A stretch of DNA of 64,000 nucleotides, taken from the NCBI GenBank assembly GCA_963829055.1, contig CAWHHI010000020.1, positions 64,001-128,000 on the forward strand, read 5' to 3'. Both the position numbers and the translations under genes were made by a program. This document shows, piece by piece, positions 44,301 to 54,098 of this stretch. Under the pieces are notes generated by a model that searched no databases, was not told where the DNA came from, and saw only the letters and a program-made list of their open reading frames with translations. Position 1 is the stretch's first letter. The number at the start of each line of letters is the position of its first letter. The stretch is from an uncultured Gemmatimonadaceae bacterium (lineage in GTDB: Bacteria > Gemmatimonadota > Gemmatimonadetes > Gemmatimonadales > Gemmatimonadaceae).

Positions 44301-44648
44301 CAGGTTGTTCTGCCCGCGCCGGTCGCTCACGAACGCAATGAGCTTTCCGTCAGGGGAGATGCGCGGATGGAAGTTGAGCGCGACGCCGCTGTTCTGCGTG
44401 AGCGCCGTGGCTTCCCCACCGGAACTGGACATCCGATAAATGTGGCCGAGCAGGTCGAAGACGATCCACGCCCCGTCGGGCGAGATGTCGACGGACATCC
44501 AGGTGCCTTCGCTGGTCGTGAAGTCGACGTCGCGCGTCTTGCCGCGAGCCTGGGTGACGTCCCACGTTGGGGCGGGAGTGGCCGGCGCGGGAGTTTGCGC
44601 GGCGAGGGGAGCGGCGACGAATAGGGCGAGCGCGAGCGAGGTGCGCAT
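41308..44648 (-). CDS. Secreted PD40/TolB beta-propeller plus amidohydrolase (frameshift near 42940)
   Basis: EGTWMSVDISPDG, multiple SPDG repeats, MPGFIDMHAH, GSHGQQHG, GKLADMLVLDGNP. Confidence 0.9.
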
Positions 44649-44859
44649 CGGAGGACATGTTCGGGTGGGGCGGGCAACGCGGCCGAATGGGCGACTGCGC
44701 AACGATGGCCCGAACACGGCTCTACCTCAATGGCGGCCTCGATCCCAGGTGGGGAGACCGATGTAGAGTTCCGGCCGGCGGCTCCGACTACCGGCATAGC
44801 CCCGAAGTCGGGCCACCGACCGGGATCCTCTCTCCACCGCCAGTCCTGGAGCCGCCACC

Positions 44860-45318
44860 ATGTCCGCCCCTATCGCTCCCGCCAATACCGGTAGCCGCCA
44901 ACTCGGCCGCAGTTTCGCCGCGATCGCCGTGGCAATAGTCGCGAACGTCGTCCTGTCGCTCGGAATCGACCAGGGGTTACACGTGCTGGGCGTCTACCCG
45001 CCGTGGGGACAACCGATGTTCGACGCATCGCTCAACCTGCTCGCGCTGAGCTATCGGCTCGCGTTCGGCGTACTGGCCGGCTACCTCGTCGCGCGACTCG
45101 CTCCGCGGGCCCCCATGCGTCATGCCGCCATCCTTGGAATGATCGCCATCGCACTCAGCACGTTAGGCGCGATCGGCTCGATCACGCAGTACGACCTCGG
45201 TCCCGACTGGTACCCGATCGCGATCGTCGTCACGGCATTCCCGTGCATCTGGGTTGGCGCCGCCCTCCGGACGCGGCGCTGGACGCGTGAGACGTTGATC
45301 GGTAAGGTTCCGGCGTAA
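44860..45318 (+). CDS. Hypothetical 4-TM membrane protein
   Basis: GVYPPWGQPM, ARLAPRAPMRHA, GPDWYP. Confidence 0.8.
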   Translation: MSAPIAPANTGSRQLGRSFAAIAVAIVANVVLSLGIDQGLHVLGVYPPWGQPMFDASLNLLALSYRLAFGVLAGYLVARLAPRAPMRHAAILGMIAIALSTLGAIGSITQYDLGPDWYPIAIVVTAFPCIWVGAALRTRRWTRETLIGKVPA

Positions 45319-45353
45319 GCTCGGCCGTACTTCGCAAAGAGGCTGGGGCAGCC

Positions 45354-46352
45354 ATGTCGACGCGCCTAACGACTCCACAAGCACCGATCGGTTCTGGTTT
45401 CGGCCCGGCGTCGACGGCGGCCGAGGTGATCAGCGGAATCGACCTGTCGAACAAGGTCGCGATCGTGACTGGCGGCTACTCCGGCATCGGCCTCGAGACC
45501 GCGCGAGTGCTGCGCGCCGCCGGGGCGAAGGTGATCGTCCCCGCTCGCGATCTCGACAGGGCAACGCGCGCGCTCGACGGTGTCGGTGTCGAGATCGCGC
45601 CGATGGATCTCATGGATCCGGCGTCGATCGACGCCTTCGCGGATGATTTCATGGCGACCGGCCAGCCGCTCCACATGCTGGTGAACAGCGCCGGGATCAT
45701 GGCGGGGCCGCTGGTGCGCGACGCCCGGGGATACGAGTCGCAGTTCGCGACGAACCACCTCGGGCACTTTCAGCTGACCACGCGGCTGTGGCCCGCGCTG
45801 CGCCGGGCGAACGGCGCACGCGTCGTCGCGGTGTCGTCCTGGGGACATCGGCGCTCGCCCGTCGTGTTCGACGATCCGAACTACGAGCGTCGCCCCTACG
45901 ACGGCTGGCTCGCGTACGGGCAGTCGAAGACGGCGAACATCCTGTTCGCGCTCGCGGCGGACGAGCGTGGCAAGGCAGACGGCGTGCGTGCGTTCTCGCT
46001 TCATCCCGGCAGCATCGCGGGCACGGGCCTGGAGCGGCACGTGTCACGCGAGGCACTGCAGGCCGGTGGCGTTCTCGACGAGGACGGCCGTCCCATCATC
46101 GATCCGGCGAGAGGCTTCAAGACGGTCGAGCAGGGCGCGGCGACGAGCGTCTGGTGCGCGACGAGTCCCCAGCTCGAAGGCATGGGTGGCGTCTATTGTC
46201 AGGACTGCGACATAGCGCCGCTCGTATCCGAGACGAACTTCGCCGCGCAGCTCGGATCTCTGCCGTTAGGCGTGCTGCCGTACGCCGTGGACCCGGAAGC
46301 GGCGAATCGTCTCTGGGACCTGAGCCAGCTGCTCCTGCAAGCCGGTGCGTGA
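45354..46352 (+). CDS. SDR oxidoreductase (retinol dehydrogenase-like)
   Basis: TGGYSGIG, FATNHLGHF, YGQSK. Confidence 0.93.
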   Translation: MSTRLTTPQAPIGSGFGPASTAAEVISGIDLSNKVAIVTGGYSGIGLETARVLRAAGAKVIVPARDLDRATRALDGVGVEIAPMDLMDPASIDAFADDFMATGQPLHMLVNSAGIMAGPLVRDARGYESQFATNHLGHFQLTTRLWPALRRANGARVVAVSSWGHRRSPVVFDDPNYERRPYDGWLAYGQSKTANILFALAADERGKADGVRAFSLHPGSIAGTGLERHVSREALQAGGVLDEDGRPIIDPARGFKTVEQGAATSVWCATSPQLEGMGGVYCQDCDIAPLVSETNFAAQLGSLPLGVLPYAVDPEAANRLWDLSQLLLQAGA

Positions 46353-46443
46353 ATGCTGCGTGCGCGGCGCTCGGCCGCGCTGCTGCTTCACGGTTCAGCC
46401 GGCAGCATGAATGCCTGCGCGGTGATGGCGGCGCGACCCTCCC

Positions 46444-48882
46444 TCAATCGGTGCGCAACGCCTGAACGGGATCGATTGACGTCGCGCGCCGTGCAGGCAG
46501 ATACGCCGCCGCGGCTGCAACACCGAGCAGCACCAGACACGCCGCCCCAAGCGCGACCGGATCGGTCGGACTGATCTGGAACAGCAGTGTGGTCAACAAC
46601 CGCGACATCATGAGCGCGATACCGAGGCCGGCAGCGGCACCAATCCCGGTGATGATGCCGGCACGACGCAGTACGTCTGCCCGGACTCGTCCCGACGTGG
46701 CGCCTAACGCCATCCGGATCCCGAACTCGCGCGTCTGATCGCGCACGAGTGCCGCCATCACACCGAACAACCCGATGGCCGCGAGGAGGAGCGCGACGCC
46801 ACCGAACGCGGTCATCAACAGCGCTCCCAGCCGCGGCTGTGAGAGAGGCTCCGCGAGAATCTGATCCATCGTCTGCGGACTCCACAGCGCCATGTCGGGA
46901 TCGACGTCGTGTCCCGCCGCGCGCAGAGCGGGCAGCAACGCCGACAGAGCCACGGTGCTGCGAATGGCGATCGAGCCTTGCCAGTATCCCTGCAAGGACG
47001 GCAGGAACACCATCGGCGACGCCTCCCGCAGCGTGCGCAGATGCGTCTCGTGCGCGACGCCGACGACGGTGCGCCATCCATCGCCACCGACGATACTCTC
47101 CGGCTTCGCTCCGGGCACTCGAATACGCTTTCCGATCGGATCCTCGTTAGGCCACAAGCGCCGCGCGACCGACTGACTCACGATCGCGACGAGTGGCGCC
47201 GAGCCGTTGTCCTGCTCACCGAACGCCCGCCCCTGCAGGAGCGACACACCGAACGTCTTGAAGAACTCCGGCCCGGCCATCTCGGTCGGGAACATTGGAT
47301 TCGTCGCCGCGCCAGGAGCCGGGTCCCCCTCGATCTCGTACCGGATTTGCCAGACGCCGTTGCCGAGCATTGGCGGCGCGACCATTGGCGTCGCCGCAGT
47401 CACGCCTCGAATCGCGCGGACGCGGTGCAGCACGCGATCGCCGAGGATGACCATCTTCGAGACCGAATCGAACCGCTTCGCATTCCACGAATACCAGACG
47501 ATCGAGAGATGGTCGCTCCTGAATCCCTTGTCCTGCGTCTCGAGCCGCGCGAGGCTCCGCGCGAGGAGCGCCGCGCCGCCGAGCATCACCATGGCGAGCG
47601 CGATCTGTGAAGCGACGAGCGCCTGTCGCAACCGGCGTCGCCGAGTCGTTTCGGTTCCGGTTCGCGAGTCGAGCCGGAGCGGCGACGCGAGGTTCGCGCG
47701 CGCGGCGAACACCGCGGGCCCAACGCCGAAGAGCAGCACGGTGATCGACGTGATCATCGCGGCGACGCCCACCGGCGCACCAGCGATCTGCACGTCGTCG
47801 AGGCGCGGAAGTCCCGCTGGGGCATACGCGATGAGCAGGCGCAGCACCACGGTCGCAATGCCGAGGCCGAGTACGCCACCGACCACCGCGATCGCCAGCG
47901 CCTCGACGAGAAGCTGGCGCACAATGTCAGTGACGCGCGCGCCGAGGGCACGGCGTACGGCAATCTCTCGCGTTCGCGACGACGCGCGCAGGAGCAGCAG
48001 GTTGCCGACGTTCAGACAGGCGATGAGCAGCAGGAGCCCTACCGCCGCCGTCAGCAGCGCGAGCACCGGACGCACGTTCCCGAGCACGGTCTCAGCGAAC
48101 GTCGCGACGTGCGCGCCGCGGAAGGTGAGCGTCGGCGACAGCCGCTGTTCAATGGCGAGGTATTCGTCGCGCGCAGCGTTAGGCGTTGCTCCAGGCGCCA
48201 GGCGCGCGACGGCGAATGCGGATACGGTCGACTGCCATCCCGACCACATCGGGATCCAGTAGTCGGCGTCGGCCGGATAGTCGAAGCCCGAGGGCGCGAC
48301 GCCGATGATGGTGTAATCGATGCGGTTCAGTGGATCGATGAGATGTCGGCCGACGACGGACGAGTCGCCAGCGAAGTTCTCGCGCCAGGCGCGATAGCTG
48401 AGAACGAGATTGCGGCCGACAGCCGGATCGGCGGGTGCCGCGACACTCGGTTCGTCATCACTCGGGCGAAAGAGTCGCCCCAGTGCGGGACGCACGCCGA
48501 GGACATCGAAGAAGTTGCCCGTCACCATGCCGCGATTCAGCTCGATGGGCTCCTGGCCATACATGAATGGCGAGGAAGTGGCCGGCCAGTGAGCGACCGC
48601 GGCGATCTCGCGCATCGTGCGCGATTCCTTCCGCACGACCGACAGCTCCCTGGTACCTGTCGTGAGCTCAGTGGCTGGATCCGCGGCGTACGTCCACATG
48701 ACGACGACGCGATCCTGATCGACCACCGGGAGCCGTCGCACGAGCACCGTTCGAAATACGGTGAACATCGCCACCGACGCGCCGATGCCGAGCGCGAGGA
48801 TGACCAGCGCGGTGACGACGAAGCTTGGGCTTCGGCGGAAGCCGCGGAGCGCGAACCGGATGTCCTGCCAGGTACGATCCAT
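46444..48882 (-). CDS. Duplicated orphan ABC permease
   Basis: QDIRFALR, LLIACLNV, REFGIRMALGA, PARRATSIDP. Confidence 0.92.
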   Translation of the reverse strand: MDRTWQDIRFALRGFRRSPSFVVTALVILALGIGASVAMFTVFRTVLVRRLPVVDQDRVVVMWTYAADPATELTTGTRELSVVRKESRTMREIAAVAHWPATSSPFMYGQEPIELNRGMVTGNFFDVLGVRPALGRLFRPSDDEPSVAAPADPAVGRNLVLSYRAWRENFAGDSSVVGRHLIDPLNRIDYTIIGVAPSGFDYPADADYWIPMWSGWQSTVSAFAVARLAPGATPNAARDEYLAIEQRLSPTLTFRGAHVATFAETVLGNVRPVLALLTAAVGLLLLIACLNVGNLLLLRASSRTREIAVRRALGARVTDIVRQLLVEALAIAVVGGVLGLGIATVVLRLLIAYAPAGLPRLDDVQIAGAPVGVAAMITSITVLLFGVGPAVFAARANLASPLRLDSRTGTETTRRRRLRQALVASQIALAMVMLGGAALLARSLARLETQDKGFRSDHLSIVWYSWNAKRFDSVSKMVILGDRVLHRVRAIRGVTAATPMVAPPMLGNGVWQIRYEIEGDPAPGAATNPMFPTEMAGPEFFKTFGVSLLQGRAFGEQDNGSAPLVAIVSQSVARRLWPNEDPIGKRIRVPGAKPESIVGGDGWRTVVGVAHETHLRTLREASPMVFLPSLQGYWQGSIAIRSTVALSALLPALRAAGHDVDPDMALWSPQTMDQILAEPLSQPRLGALLMTAFGGVALLLAAIGLFGVMAALVRDQTREFGIRMALGATSGRVRADVLRRAGIITGIGAAAGLGIALMMSRLLTTLLFQISPTDPVALGAACLVLLGVAAAAAYLPARRATSIDPVQALRTD

Positions 48883-48896
48883 GGTAGTTAGTGCAG

Positions 48897-49490
48897 TTAC
48901 TCCGGTGCGCGTGTCGACTCGCTTGTCGTTGCGGCACCCCAACGGTGACCCGGCGCAGTCAGCGACAGCGCATCTCGAAGCCAGGCGCGTTGCCTGGCTC
49001 GAAGGAACGGTCTCACCGACTCGAAGTCGGCGTCGTCCTTCGCGCTTGGCGCCTTGGATTTGTACAGCAGAACGATCTCCGGGGCCAGATAGCGCACTGC
49101 CCGGTCACCGCAAAACGCCGCGCCGATTGGGAGACGGATCCGTGGATCGCGACGATAGACCCACTCGCCCGTCTGCCGATCCTGTTCGTTCAACAGAAAC
49201 TCGAGATGGTATCCGTCCGGCCACGTCGCGTGGACTTCGTGAATGGGCGGCGCGAGCGTCTCGTCGACCGCCCAGTGGACAAGCTGGTGCGCCGCGACCT
49301 TCTCTACTCGGGCACTGGAGAGCCGAGTGTGGAGCTCGCGCTGGTCGTCGCGGAGAATGGCCACGTCGATATCGGCGTGCGGTCGCGATTCCCGCCCGAG
49401 AAACAGATCGATCGCCCACCCGCCCGCTATTCCCCAGGGGCTGTGGAATCCGCTCATGAGCGCCGCCGCGCGTTCGATGGCAGGGTTCAT
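48897..49490 (-). CDS. Nucleotidyltransferase (aminoglycoside-2''-adenylyltransferase-like family)
   Basis: AGGWAIDLFLG...HADID, LAPEIVLLYK, KDDADF. Confidence 0.85.
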   Translation of the reverse strand: MNPAIERAAALMSGFHSPWGIAGGWAIDLFLGRESRPHADIDVAILRDDQRELHTRLSSARVEKVAAHQLVHWAVDETLAPPIHEVHATWPDGYHLEFLLNEQDRQTGEWVYRRDPRIRLPIGAAFCGDRAVRYLAPEIVLLYKSKAPSAKDDADFESVRPFLRARQRAWLRDALSLTAPGHRWGAATTSESTRAPE

Positions 49491-49538
49491 GGGCGTGGGG
49501 TGGCCGAGCGACGACTGGCGTGGACGCCTAACGTCACG

Positions 49539-50060
49539 TCAGCCGCTTTCGGAATACCTCCGTTGGCGGACCAGGTCGGCGTCTCCCTCCGTCGGGCGCT
49601 CCTCGATCAGCTCGTGGTCCAGCACCGTATGGAACGAGACCACCGCCCAGTCCTCCGCACCCACCACGCCCTGGTGCCACACGCTCGGTGGGATGGAGAT
49701 CCACCGCTCCTCCAGCGGAGCGTCGGGATCGCTGCGGAGGCGGTGCGAGATCCACTCGCTCCCCGGCCGCGTGGGAAAGTCGCCGCGACCGCGGAACGAC
49801 ATCATGCGCTGATGGCTGTTCGGATGCCGCTCGGCGCCAGTGGTCGTGTTCGCGCGCAGGACGAAGACCCAGCTCGAGCGGATCGAATCCGGGAGCGGAA
49901 CCTGGTAGAGGTCGAGCGGAACGGTCGCCCACGCGTACACCTCGCCCGGGGCGTCGCGGAGCTTACGATCGACGTCGGCGACGATCGGCTCGATTGAAGC
50001 CGCGGCGGCTCGTACGGCGGCGTCCAGAAGTTCGAGCGTTTCGCGTTCGTGTGCGTTCAT
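49539..50060 (-). CDS. Hypothetical cupin-like protein
   Basis: ERHPNSHQ, IPPSVWHQ, VSFHT. Confidence 0.65.
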   Translation of the reverse strand: MNAHERETLELLDAAVRAAAASIEPIVADVDRKLRDAPGEVYAWATVPLDLYQVPLPDSIRSSWVFVLRANTTTGAERHPNSHQRMMSFRGRGDFPTRPGSEWISHRLRSDPDAPLEERWISIPPSVWHQGVVGAEDWAVVSFHTVLDHELIEERPTEGDADLVRQRRYSESG

Positions 50061-50102
50061 GGCGCCTCCAGACGCGTTCGGTTCGGTGATATCAGGCAGC
50101 GC

Positions 50103-50948
50103 CTAACGACCACTCGCGAGCGGGCTGCTCGCGAAGCCGCGCAGCGCCTTCATCCATTGCTGCGTCATGATGCCGAGGACGCGCCTTCCCTTCTCCGCGG
50201 TCGCGAGCGTCGGGTCGCCGAACACGCCGCTCGTCGAGAAATCGGGATCTCCAGGACGGCGCGAAAAGTCGGTCGGCCGGTAGCCGGGGTAGGCCGCGAC
50301 GGTGTCCCCTCGGTAGTCGCGCACGGCGCGGTCCATGTGTACCAGTTCCGGCCGCAGCGCCAGGATGACCGAGGTCTCGAGATCATCGGCATGAGTGCCC
50401 GCACGCTGGGTCGTGAGAGCCTTCATCGCCGCCGTCTCGAGGTCGTCCCAGGAGATGACGAGTGTCGGCACTCGCTCCTGCGCGTAAAGTGTCCGAGCGG
50501 CAAGCGTGATGGGGATGCCGGTCGACCGTGTCACGCCGGTGTTCAGGAACACCACGCGCCTGGCGCCGTGCCGCACGAGCGAGCGCCCAGCCTCGAGCAT
50601 GTAGTGCCAGAACACGTCGGGGTCGCCAATGGTGAGCCCCGGAAACTCCGCGAAGGCTGGGAACCAGCCGTGCAAGATCGGCGGTGCGACCACCACGGGC
50701 AGCGAGTCGACGGCGATCTTCGCGAGGTACTCCATTACGATCTGGTCGCTTGCGAGCGGGAGGTGCGGCCCGTGCTCCTTCGCTCCGGCACCGAACGGCA
50801 GGATGACCATCGGCGCGTCACGCAGCCGGCGTTCCGCCTCAGGCCATGTCAGGTCGCCCAGGAATACACCACGGGTCTGCGCAGTGGCGGGCACCGCGAC
50901 GGTCGTGCTGAGAGCGATCGTGGCCACGATGCGAAGCGAGAGTGACAT
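50103..50948 (-). CDS. Creatininase family protein with signal peptide
   Basis: KEHGPHLPLASD, HADDLETS, SGVFGDPTLATAEKG. Confidence 0.9.
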   Translation of the reverse strand: MSLSLRIVATIALSTTVAVPATAQTRGVFLGDLTWPEAERRLRDAPMVILPFGAGAKEHGPHLPLASDQIVMEYLAKIAVDSLPVVVAPPILHGWFPAFAEFPGLTIGDPDVFWHYMLEAGRSLVRHGARRVVFLNTGVTRSTGIPITLAARTLYAQERVPTLVISWDDLETAAMKALTTQRAGTHADDLETSVILALRPELVHMDRAVRDYRGDTVAAYPGYRPTDFSRRPGDPDFSTSGVFGDPTLATAEKGRRVLGIMTQQWMKALRGFASSPLASGR

Positions 50949-51039
50949 TGTGCGCTAGCCTCCGGGAGATTTCACGGTCTACGCTACCGCCGCGCGGAAC
51001 GGCCCACACCTGGAGTTCACCTCACAGGAATCTGCCAAG

Positions 51040-51228
51040 ATGCGGCGGCGTGGCCGCCGCCACCATACTCCGACGGCGGTGCTGCTTCTGCTCGAACGAG
51101 GGGCTGACTGGAAGCAGGGGAAGTCCGTCAACGGACTGCCGTTCGCGAGCGTGATCGACGGCGAGGTCGGCTCGCAGGGCAACGACAGCGCGTTCGTGGA
51201 CGTTAGGCGATACCTGCAGCAGCACTGA
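51040..51228 (+). pseudogene. Ankyrin-like C-terminal fragment
   Basis: AVLLLLERGADWKQG. Confidence 0.4.
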
Positions 51229-51269
51229 GTGGAACGCGCCTGGCGGGTCGGTCACCAGGGCCGCGACCG

Positions 51270-51782
51270 ATGTACTACGAGGAGCTGCACGGTGGCGTGT
51301 GGGAGCGCATCGCCATCGACGGCGAGATGCTCACGGGGCGCGCGCATCACGTCATCTACTTCGCGACCCCCGAACGGTGGCTCCAGTATCCCGAGTGGGC
51401 GAAGGCGCGGCGTGATGAGATCATCGCACGCGTCGTGAGCGAGTTCCGCGAGCCGGACTACGAGTATCACAGTGCCGGCGCCGGCAGCACGGTCGCGCGA
51501 GCGGCACCCGTGGTGTCAACGCCGAGTGGAAAGCGCGCACTGTTCATCGCAGTGCTGATGCTCTTCGCGGTCGCCGGCGGGATGGGATGGCTGGTCACGC
51601 GCGGCGTTGTCGGTGGCGAGACGTATTACCCCAACACGCGACCATCTCTGCGACGCATGGTGTCGCGTCCGCGGGAGCCCGTCATGTTCTGGGCGTCGAT
51701 CGGCGTGTACGCCGTCATCGGAGCAGGCACGCTGACGCTTGGCGTGCTTGGCGTGCGCGCGGGACGACGGCTGGGGAAGTGA
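51270..51782 (+). CDS. Hypothetical protein, soluble N-domain plus 2 TM
   Basis: YPEWAKARRDEIIARV; followed by GCCTAAC. Confidence 0.6.
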   Translation: MYYEELHGGVWERIAIDGEMLTGRAHHVIYFATPERWLQYPEWAKARRDEIIARVVSEFREPDYEYHSAGAGSTVARAAPVVSTPSGKRALFIAVLMLFAVAGGMGWLVTRGVVGGETYYPNTRPSLRRMVSRPREPVMFWASIGVYAVIGAGTLTLGVLGVRAGRRLGK

Positions 51783-52009
51783 GCGCCTAACGCCAGATGG
51801 TTCGCTCGCCCGTCATGCCATTTCATTGACGCGTTCTACCAGCCGAACACCGTGCCGCGGGCGAATCGGCGAGATCTGCGTGCATGCGACAGCAGTCGGC
51901 CGTCGGCATCGACAGTGACGTCGCCGAACGTGTCGAGGCCGAGTTCGAGAGTGGCGGTGGGAGTGGGGTGGAGCTCATGGCCAAAAACCACACTGCTGCC
52001 CGCGTGCCA

Positions 52010-52073
52010 CCATTCTGTCAATGCGTGAGCCGAATGAGCAAAAAGACGCCACGAACAGTCATTCAGCGGCTCG
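52010..52073 (+). promoter_or_regulatory. Putative AraC-dependent promoter/operator, copy 1
   Basis: 64 bp, ~6 mismatches to 55090-55153. Confidence 0.65.
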
Positions 52074-52123
52074 CCAACGCCACGTATGGTACTCCCATCA
52101 TCAATATCCCTATGGAGAGTGCC

Positions 52124-52846
52124 ATGCAAATCAAGGATTCGGTCGCCCTGGTCACCGGAGCGAACCGTGGAATTGGCCGCGCGTTCGTCGAAGCGCTGCT
52201 CGAACGGGGCGCGAGCCGCATCTACGCGGCGGCGCGGGATCTCGCGAGTCTGGACGCGGTCGTTCGTCTCGACCCGAAGCGCATCCGCGCCCTGAAGCTC
52301 GACGTCACGAGCGCCGAGGATGCGCGCGCGGCGGCCGCGCAGGCGAAGGACCTCACGCTGCTGATCAACAACGCCGGGGCGCTCGCCTGGGGCGGCCTCA
52401 CCGATATCTCAGTGGATGCGGTGCGAGGCAACATGGAAACGAACTTCTTCGGCTTGCTCAACGTGATCACGGCCTTCGTGCCCGTCCTCGAGCGGAGCGA
52501 GGGGAGCATCGTCAACATCCTGACGTTCCTCTCGCTGGTCAGCGCGCCAGGCGTCGCCGCCTACAATGCCTCCAAGGCCGCGGGGTGGTCGCTCACGCAG
52601 TCGTTCCGCGCCGACCTGGCCAAGCGCGGGATCCGGGTGCACGGCGTCTTCCCCGGTCTCGTGGACACGGACATGGCGCGCCCGTTCGAGATGGCGAAAA
52701 CCCCAGCGATCGACGTGGCTCGCGCCACGCTCGCCGGCGTCGACGCGAATGAGGAAGACATTTATCCGGACCCCATGTCGCAGCAGCAGTACGCCGCCTG
52801 GCGGGAGGATCACAAGGCGGTGGAGCGTCAATTCGCGGCCATGTGA
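52124..52846 (+). CDS. SDR oxidoreductase
   Basis: TGANRGIG, NNAG, YNASK. Confidence 0.93.
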   Translation: MQIKDSVALVTGANRGIGRAFVEALLERGASRIYAAARDLASLDAVVRLDPKRIRALKLDVTSAEDARAAAAQAKDLTLLINNAGALAWGGLTDISVDAVRGNMETNFFGLLNVITAFVPVLERSEGSIVNILTFLSLVSAPGVAAYNASKAAGWSLTQSFRADLAKRGIRVHGVFPGLVDTDMARPFEMAKTPAIDVARATLAGVDANEEDIYPDPMSQQQYAAWREDHKAVERQFAAM

Positions 52847-52893
52847 GCGAGCGCGGGAAGTTGGGAGGGGCGTTCCTCTTTTCGTCGCCGTTG

Positions 52894-52921
52894 CCCCGCG
52901 GACGATACATCGTCCGCGGGG
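52894..52921. repeat. Perfect hairpin
   Basis: CCCCGCGGACGAT-AC-ATCGTCCGCGGGG. Confidence 0.7.
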
Positions 52922-52986
52922 CGTGCTCGACCCGACGTTAGGCGACGTAGGGCGTCCCCGAAATCCTGACGATGCGAAGCACTGAT

Positions 52987-54060
52987 ATGGCAACAGACCT
53001 GTTCACCCCGATCAGGCTGGGCGGTCTGGAACTGCCCAACCGCATCGTGATGGCGCCGCTGACCCGCAACCGCGCGGGGCAGCCCGGCAACGTGCCACAG
53101 CCGATCAACGCCACCTACTACGCGCAGCGTGCCTCGGCGGGCCTCATCATCACCGAGGGCTCACCGATATCGGATATGGCGCACGGGTACCCCGGCACCC
53201 CCGGTATTCACAGCCCAGCGCAGGTGGCCGGCTGGAAGCGGGTGACGGACACGGTGCATGCCGAGGGCGGGCGCATCTTCCTGCAGCTGTGGCACGTCGG
53301 ACGGATCTCTCACCCGTCGCTGCTGCCTAACGATGCGCTGCCAGTGGCTCCCTCCGCCATCAAACCGGCGGGCAAGGCATTTACGCATCAGGGGAGGACG
53401 GATTTCGTCACGCCGCGTGCGCTGGAGACCTCGGAGATTCCGGCGCTGATCGAGGATTTCCGCGTTGCGGCGCACAATGCCACGACTGCTGGGTTTGACG
53501 GAGTGGAAGTGCATGGCGCCAACGGCTACCTGCTCGACCAGTTTCTCCGTGATGGCAGCAATCACAGAACGGACCAGTATGGCGGCTCAATCGCCAACCG
53601 AACGCGGCTGCTGCAGGAAGTGGTGGCGGCTGTGTGCGAGGTGTGGGGCGCCGATCGCGTCGGCGTCCGCATTTCGCCGCTCAACCAGTACAACGACATG
53701 CGCGATTCCAACCCGCAGGCGCTGTTCAACCACGTGGGCGATACGCTCCGTCCATTCGGTCTGGCCTATCTGCACGTGATGGAGCGTGACGTGCACGGCT
53801 CGGAGGTGCCGCTCGACTTCCCCGAGTTGCGGCGTCGTTTCAATGGGCATTACATGGCGAACGGCGGCTACGACAAGCGACGCGCCAACGCGGCAATCGC
53901 GGCGAGTCGAGCCGATTGCGTCGCGTTCGGCACATCGTACATCGCCAACCCCGATCTGGTCGAACGCTATGCCCAGGATGCGCCGCTCAACGTGGCTGAC
54001 CCCAGCACGTTCTACGGGGGTCGCGAACAGGGATACACGGACTATCCGGCGCTGACCGGC
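52987..54060 (+). CDS. Alkene reductase (old yellow enzyme/NemA-like); expected stop missing, ORF reads on to 54459
   Basis: NRIVMAPLTR, QLWHVGR, HGANGYLLDQF, GYTDYP. Confidence 0.93.
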
Positions 54061-54098
54061 GACCACGTTGCGCGCTTGCGGTTACCATGCCGCGCGTC

